From a virus: a stretch of 64,000 nt of DNA. The stretch's first letter is position 1. Every line of letters begins with the position of its first letter. Positions 59,861-64,000 of the stretch are shown here, piece after piece. The notes under the pieces were generated by a model. The model did no database searches and was not told the origin of the DNA. It saw nothing but the letters and a program-made list of their open reading frames with translations. Position numbers and translations under genes: made by a program. Location of the stretch: positions 1 to 64,000 of the IMG/VR virus record IMGVR_UViG_3300031414_000009; one strand, written 5' to 3'.

Positions 59861-61083
59861 CACTTGCTCACCGGGATATTAACACGCGGGTATGGGTCGT
59901 AACCTTCCAGCGTGAAGTCTTCAAAGCGGAAGTCTTTCGGGTCAGTCACCACACGACCATGGGTGTTAATGATCAGCTTCGGCAATGGACGAGGTTCGCG
60001 ATCAATAAACTCTGGGATCTTATCCAGCTGGTTATTATAGATGTGGACGTCACCACCGATCCAAATCAGATCTTCGACTTCATAGTTCAGGATGTGTGCG
60101 AACATGTGACACAGCAACGCATAGCCCGCAATGTTAAATGGCGTACCCAGTAAGATATCCTGAGAACGACAGTACACAGAAAGAGACAGCGCACGAGTAG
60201 GTACGTTCATGCGGTTAAGCAGAGGAGTGTAGTCCTTGTCTTCATTCCACATCGCCGGTAGCTCTACACCACTCCGTGCCGCATAAGACGCCTTACGCTC
60301 TTCATAACTAAGCTCACGAGTATAAGCCTGTAGTAAGGTGTGACACCATGCTAACGCTGCATTGCCAACCAGCACGTTTTCCTGAGGAGACAAGTTCATC
60401 TCATCTGGTAATTCACTGGCATTCCAGTTGTTCACGATGTGACGACGGGAATCGGGACGAGCCTTCAGCAGATACAGCAGTTCTGCAATTTGGTCACGGG
60501 CCGCATCGCTGTAGTCCATCAACTGGCTTAAGCGAGCGAGATCGATCTTACCGTCAAACTCAGCACGACGGATTTTATCTTCCAGCACACGGCGATTGAT
60601 GAAACCTTTGTTCCACTGACGCATTTGCTTGCCATAGACCGGCCCCAGATCGCCAATACGCAGACCGTCTTTCAGAACCATGTTGACGTCACCGCCTACC
60701 TGCTCACCCTGCAACCACAACAGCGCTTTAGTAGGCATACGGTGATGTGACATATCCAGGAGATGTGGTGGAACGAAGCTCTTTAGTTTCTCAACATCAA
60801 CCTGTGCCCAAGTGATGTCTTCGATAGCCACTGCCCATTCATTCCATATCTTGACATTCTTAGCACGCAGAGTTTCGTTGTTGGTATCCCCATTTAAGAA
60901 CCAGAGGTTTTCTTCAACGATTGGACGGAACGGTGTGCTCTTAACACCAACCATTGGGAAACCTTCACGCAGATTAAAGCGCATGGTGCGATGAAATACA
61001 GACACGGTGCCTGTGCCGGTACGATCGCCTTTGTTGATACCGTTGTCGCGCACGTCCTTAACTAAATCGATATACTGTTGCAT
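59860..61083 (-). CDS. thyA: Thymidylate synthase with insertions
   Basis: DRTGTGT, LGPVYG.Q.R, DSRR, LAWCH, RSQDILLGTPFN, GDVHIY. Confidence 0.95.
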   Translation of the reverse strand: MQQYIDLVKDVRDNGINKGDRTGTGTVSVFHRTMRFNLREGFPMVGVKSTPFRPIVEENLWFLNGDTNNETLRAKNVKIWNEWAVAIEDITWAQVDVEKLKSFVPPHLLDMSHHRMPTKALLWLQGEQVGGDVNMVLKDGLRIGDLGPVYGKQMRQWNKGFINRRVLEDKIRRAEFDGKIDLARLSQLMDYSDAARDQIAELLYLLKARPDSRRHIVNNWNASELPDEMNLSPQENVLVGNAALAWCHTLLQAYTRELSYEERKASYAARSGVELPAMWNEDKDYTPLLNRMNVPTRALSLSVYCRSQDILLGTPFNIAGYALLCHMFAHILNYEVEDLIWIGGDVHIYNNQLDKIPEFIDREPRPLPKLIINTHGRVVTDPKDFRFEDFTLEGYDPYPRVNIPVSK

Positions 61084-61652
61084 TAGAACCCCATAGTCTC
61101 TGCTGCTAAAAAGGAACACTCTGGATCTGCGTTACGAATGATCTTACATACCGCAGCCAGTTTATATTCGAAATCCTCGTACTCACTGGCCAAATGCTCG
61201 CGTGTCCAAGGTTCGCCGGCATCCCGGCTAAGCGAATACCCGCCATCGATGTCTTCACGATAGCGTGTACCCATAGTAAAATGTGCATCGTAATGAATGC
61301 CTTCTACCGGGTCGCATAACCACACATGAAAGGGGTCACCCAGTAAAATAAGATCTACACCCATCAGTTCCAACTGCCCACGCACCAGAGCTGCGAAGGT
61401 GTGACACAATCCACAGTTAACTAAGTCTGTAATGTCAGCGACTGTTGCTTTAACAGCCATAAACGGTAACAGCTTCGACCGTAGGGGTGACAACACAGAA
61501 CGCAGTTCATTGATCGTTCGTGTGATCAATTGGTTGCGTGGGGTTAGAGTCGGTGTCAGGTACGACTCACCTTCCTCGAGAAATGGATACGGTAGTTTCG
61601 CATGCGCATTAAACAAGTCAGTTGTTGTGATGGGTGTAGTAAACATTATCAA
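61083..61652 (-). CDS. Papain/transglutaminase-like Cys-His-Asp protein (paralog C)
   Basis: NCGLCHTFA...HVWL...EGIHYDA. Confidence 0.6.
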   Translation of the reverse strand: MIMFTTPITTTDLFNAHAKLPYPFLEEGESYLTPTLTPRNQLITRTINELRSVLSPLRSKLLPFMAVKATVADITDLVNCGLCHTFAALVRGQLELMGVDLILLGDPFHVWLCDPVEGIHYDAHFTMGTRYREDIDGGYSLSRDAGEPWTREHLASEYEDFEYKLAAVCKIIRNADPECSFLAAETMGF

Positions 61653-62350
61653 GAACCTTCTTGAATCTTCAAAAGCGTTAAGGGCTGGTCTTTCTTATAT
61701 GCCCCCGTCGCAATGTACATGTGGTTATGGTAGAACTCGACTTCATCGGTGTGGTTGTGCCCGTGTACAAATAGGTCTGCACCGGTTGTGGCCTTACCAC
61801 CACCTTTCTTTCGAGCCAGGTAATAATCACGATCCCACGTACAGGCAAAGGTATCGACCTTCTTGCCATATTCGTAATGATCGTGTGGGTAGGTGGCGTG
61901 TACGACCACCACCTTTTGGTCCTTGCAGTTGACCTCAATGATAAACGGGAAATCTGCCGTCTTCATTAATTTGCCAACTACGTGGTCACGTACTTCACCG
62001 ACGTCAAGATCTAAGATCCACGTACCGCCGTTATACAGCCAGAGACCTACAGCGTTCTCTTCTAGCTGTTCAATAGCGGACGTAGCCAGATCTTCGTGAT
62101 TACCGCGCGTCATGACAAACCAAGGCTCGTCGATCAGCGCGATCATTCTCACGGAGTCAGGGCCACGATCAATAATGTCACCTACAGAAATAAGAAGGTC
62201 TTGTTCGCGATCGAACTCGACGTCATCCAATTGCTGCATCAGCTTTTCGTATTGACCGTGGACATCACCCACGACGATGATGTTTCGGTACTTTGACCCG
62301 TCGATCCTTTTATAGACCTCTTCGGGTTGTTTGACTACCAGTCGAGTCAT
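61649..62350 (-). CDS. Ser/Thr protein phosphatase (lambda NinI/PphA-like metallophosphoesterase)
   Basis: GDVHG, GDIIDRG, RGNHE, HGH. Confidence 0.92.
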   Translation of the reverse strand: MTRLVVKQPEEVYKRIDGSKYRNIIVVGDVHGQYEKLMQQLDDVEFDREQDLLISVGDIIDRGPDSVRMIALIDEPWFVMTRGNHEDLATSAIEQLEENAVGLWLYNGGTWILDLDVGEVRDHVVGKLMKTADFPFIIEVNCKDQKVVVVHATYPHDHYEYGKKVDTFACTWDRDYYLARKKGGGKATTGADLFVHGHNHTDEVEFYHNHMYIATGAYKKDQPLTLLKIQEGS

Positions 62351-63087
62351 TAATGCACCTGTAAGTGTGCGCTCCCTGGAAGGTCGTCGGTAGGTTTACC
62401 TTCGAACCAGAATCGACCAGCCAAACTCAAGCCACTTACCTTAACGTCAGCCGTAGCTACGTCGATAAGTAACTTAGTGAGTGAAGGCAATACGAGTTCA
62501 TTACCAGGCAACATGGCTGGGGTGAAGCCGAGGAACGTCTTGTACTGGTTATAGGTGTCCACAACAATCTGGATACCTGGTTCAAGATTCGTCATTCCAC
62601 GGTGATAGAGACACGGCCAATCGCTATCATCGAACACAGCCACGTTCATGATACCGTATGATTCAACCATGCCAGTGATTACGTCTTGTGCGCTGGTATG
62701 CAGAGCAAAACGTTTCCAGAATTCCAACAACTCGCCGTGCGCGCCAACCATTGCCTGTTCGTCAGTGGTCAGCTCACGGTCTTCATTGGCAGTGACGATC
62801 GCAATGAAGTCGTCTTTGCTCTCCGGGAAATAGTCCGGGTTGGCCAAGATATTTTCTACCTGCTGTAGAATAGGCGAGAGCAACGTGTACGTCAGCGTAC
62901 GACGACGTGCAAAAGATGTTGCGGCCTGGATATTCTCTGTTGAGGTGCTGATACCCAGACGGTCAGCGATATTCAGTGCCTCCTGAATCTGCACCGCGTC
63001 ACCCAATTCAGCTTCACCCAGAATAATCTGGCAGAGATTGGCAACGACCAGGTCTTCGTAATTAAAACCAATGGTTAACTTATCCAT
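62350..63087 (-). CDS. Hypothetical protein
   Basis: ORF. Confidence 0.7.
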   Translation of the reverse strand: MDKLTIGFNYEDLVVANLCQIILGEAELGDAVQIQEALNIADRLGISTSTENIQAATSFARRRTLTYTLLSPILQQVENILANPDYFPESKDDFIAIVTANEDRELTTDEQAMVGAHGELLEFWKRFALHTSAQDVITGMVESYGIMNVAVFDDSDWPCLYHRGMTNLEPGIQIVVDTYNQYKTFLGFTPAMLPGNELVLPSLTKLLIDVATADVKVSGLSLAGRFWFEGKPTDDLPGSAHLQVH

Positions 63088-63353
63088 TATGCTTCCTTAT
63101 TGATTACAGTGATAAAATCGCCATCCGGTAAAGTGAAGGGCTTCAGGGTTTCGCTGTCGAAGTACTTTGGCTCGACGCCAGACATGGATGGTTCACCGTG
63201 CCCTCCACCGCCAGAGATACCAGACGGTGTCACCAACAGCACTCGATCGCAATGCTTCGCTCTGAAGGGCATCTCCACAGCCACTGCGTTACCCTCAGGG
63301 TCAACCCAATTACCTAACGGCCAATAGAAGAACTGCCATTTAACGTCCATCAT
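63087..63353 (-). CDS. Hypothetical protein
   Basis: ORF. Confidence 0.6.
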   Translation of the reverse strand: MMDVKWQFFYWPLGNWVDPEGNAVAVEMPFRAKHCDRVLLVTPSGISGGGGHGEPSMSGVEPKYFDSETLKPFTLPDGDFITVINKEA

Positions 63354-63943
63354 TCAGGCTCGCTATTCAAATGGTTTGCAATAGCGATGAACTTTTTGGC
63401 CTCCGCCTCGCTGGTACCAATAAACCGAGTACTGCAATCCTCAGTAAACCAGATCTGCTCCACCGTTTCTTCTTCCGGTAGAGCCATTACGTACCATCCG
63501 ACTTGTTTAGCGCTAGTCAGAGTATGGCGGGTTCTGGTATCGATATTAGCTTTAAACGCCGGAATGATGCGCAGTGTGCAGGGAGTGTCGTGCCCAAAGC
63601 CGTCCATAACGATTTTATCTAACGTGCCATGGTAACGAATACGTAGACTTAGCAACGCCGCAGTCAATTCATACGCTTGCACCGCAACGATCGCCGACAT
63701 CGGGGTGTTACAGTACATCTCAGTCCAGTTTACCAGCAGGGGACCTTGACTTACATTAAAACCAACAAAGGCGGAGCGAGACTTTGCCATCGCGAGATAA
63801 AACTCACGATAGTGCTCTAAGCTCCCAACCGGAATTTCCTTGACGGATTCGATGATGGCGGCGGCAAGCGCACCATCCTGAATAAATTCGCCATTGATAC
63901 TAAATGCGGGACAGATATTTTCCCGAGTCATTGGTCTAATCAA
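63350..63943 (-). CDS. Hypothetical protein
   Basis: ORF. Confidence 0.65.
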   Translation of the reverse strand: MIRPMTRENICPAFSINGEFIQDGALAAAIIESVKEIPVGSLEHYREFYLAMAKSRSAFVGFNVSQGPLLVNWTEMYCNTPMSAIVAVQAYELTAALLSLRIRYHGTLDKIVMDGFGHDTPCTLRIIPAFKANIDTRTRHTLTSAKQVGWYVMALPEEETVEQIWFTEDCSTRFIGTSEAEAKKFIAIANHLNSEPE

Positions 63944-64000
63944 AGTGCCTCCCGTTCTTTCAGGTATTCGGTGATACGTTTAGCAATGCTCAGTTGAAGT

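Noticed and set aside
59860-61083. Intein, intron or hydroxymethylase explanation for the long ThyA
   Set aside because: Extra length is spread over several short in-frame insertions with no intein motifs; the dUMP-specifying Asn (PFN) is retained

Overview
64 kb of a nucleus-forming jumbo phage genome (phiKZ-like, Chimalliviridae), roughly 48% GC and almost entirely coded on the minus strand. The left end holds the conserved core block: chimallin (nuclear shell protein, running off the window edge), a conserved plus-strand gene, a family-B DNA polymerase subunit and a nine-gene operon of small ORFs, eight of which look like one divergent paralog family. The rest is accessory/early region. 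It carries nucleotide metabolism and repair genes (thymidine kinase, thymidylate synthase, HAD nucleotidase, NAD-dependent ligase, Rnl1 RNA ligase, PhoH, Ser/Thr phosphatase) and likely counter-defence genes (macrodomain, NADAR, Acb1-like 2H phosphoesterase, Acb4-like sponge). It also has three Cys-His-Asp papain-like paralogs, two HslV-like Ntn hydrolases, a LemA/TPM-like pair and about 70 hypothetical genes. Two phage promoter motifs and a hairpin+TTATGCC terminator motif recur. They delimit several ORF-free or micro-ORF transcription units (about 5.6, 12.7, 14.8, 16.6 and 30.8 kb) that fold into distinct RNAs. One shows CCUCA loops, one ends in a tRNA-like acceptor stem + ACCA, and one encodes a rare-codon leader peptide. 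No CRISPR array, canonical tRNA, transposase or PhuZ tubulin was recognised. All family assignments are by motif recognition from memory, not database search.
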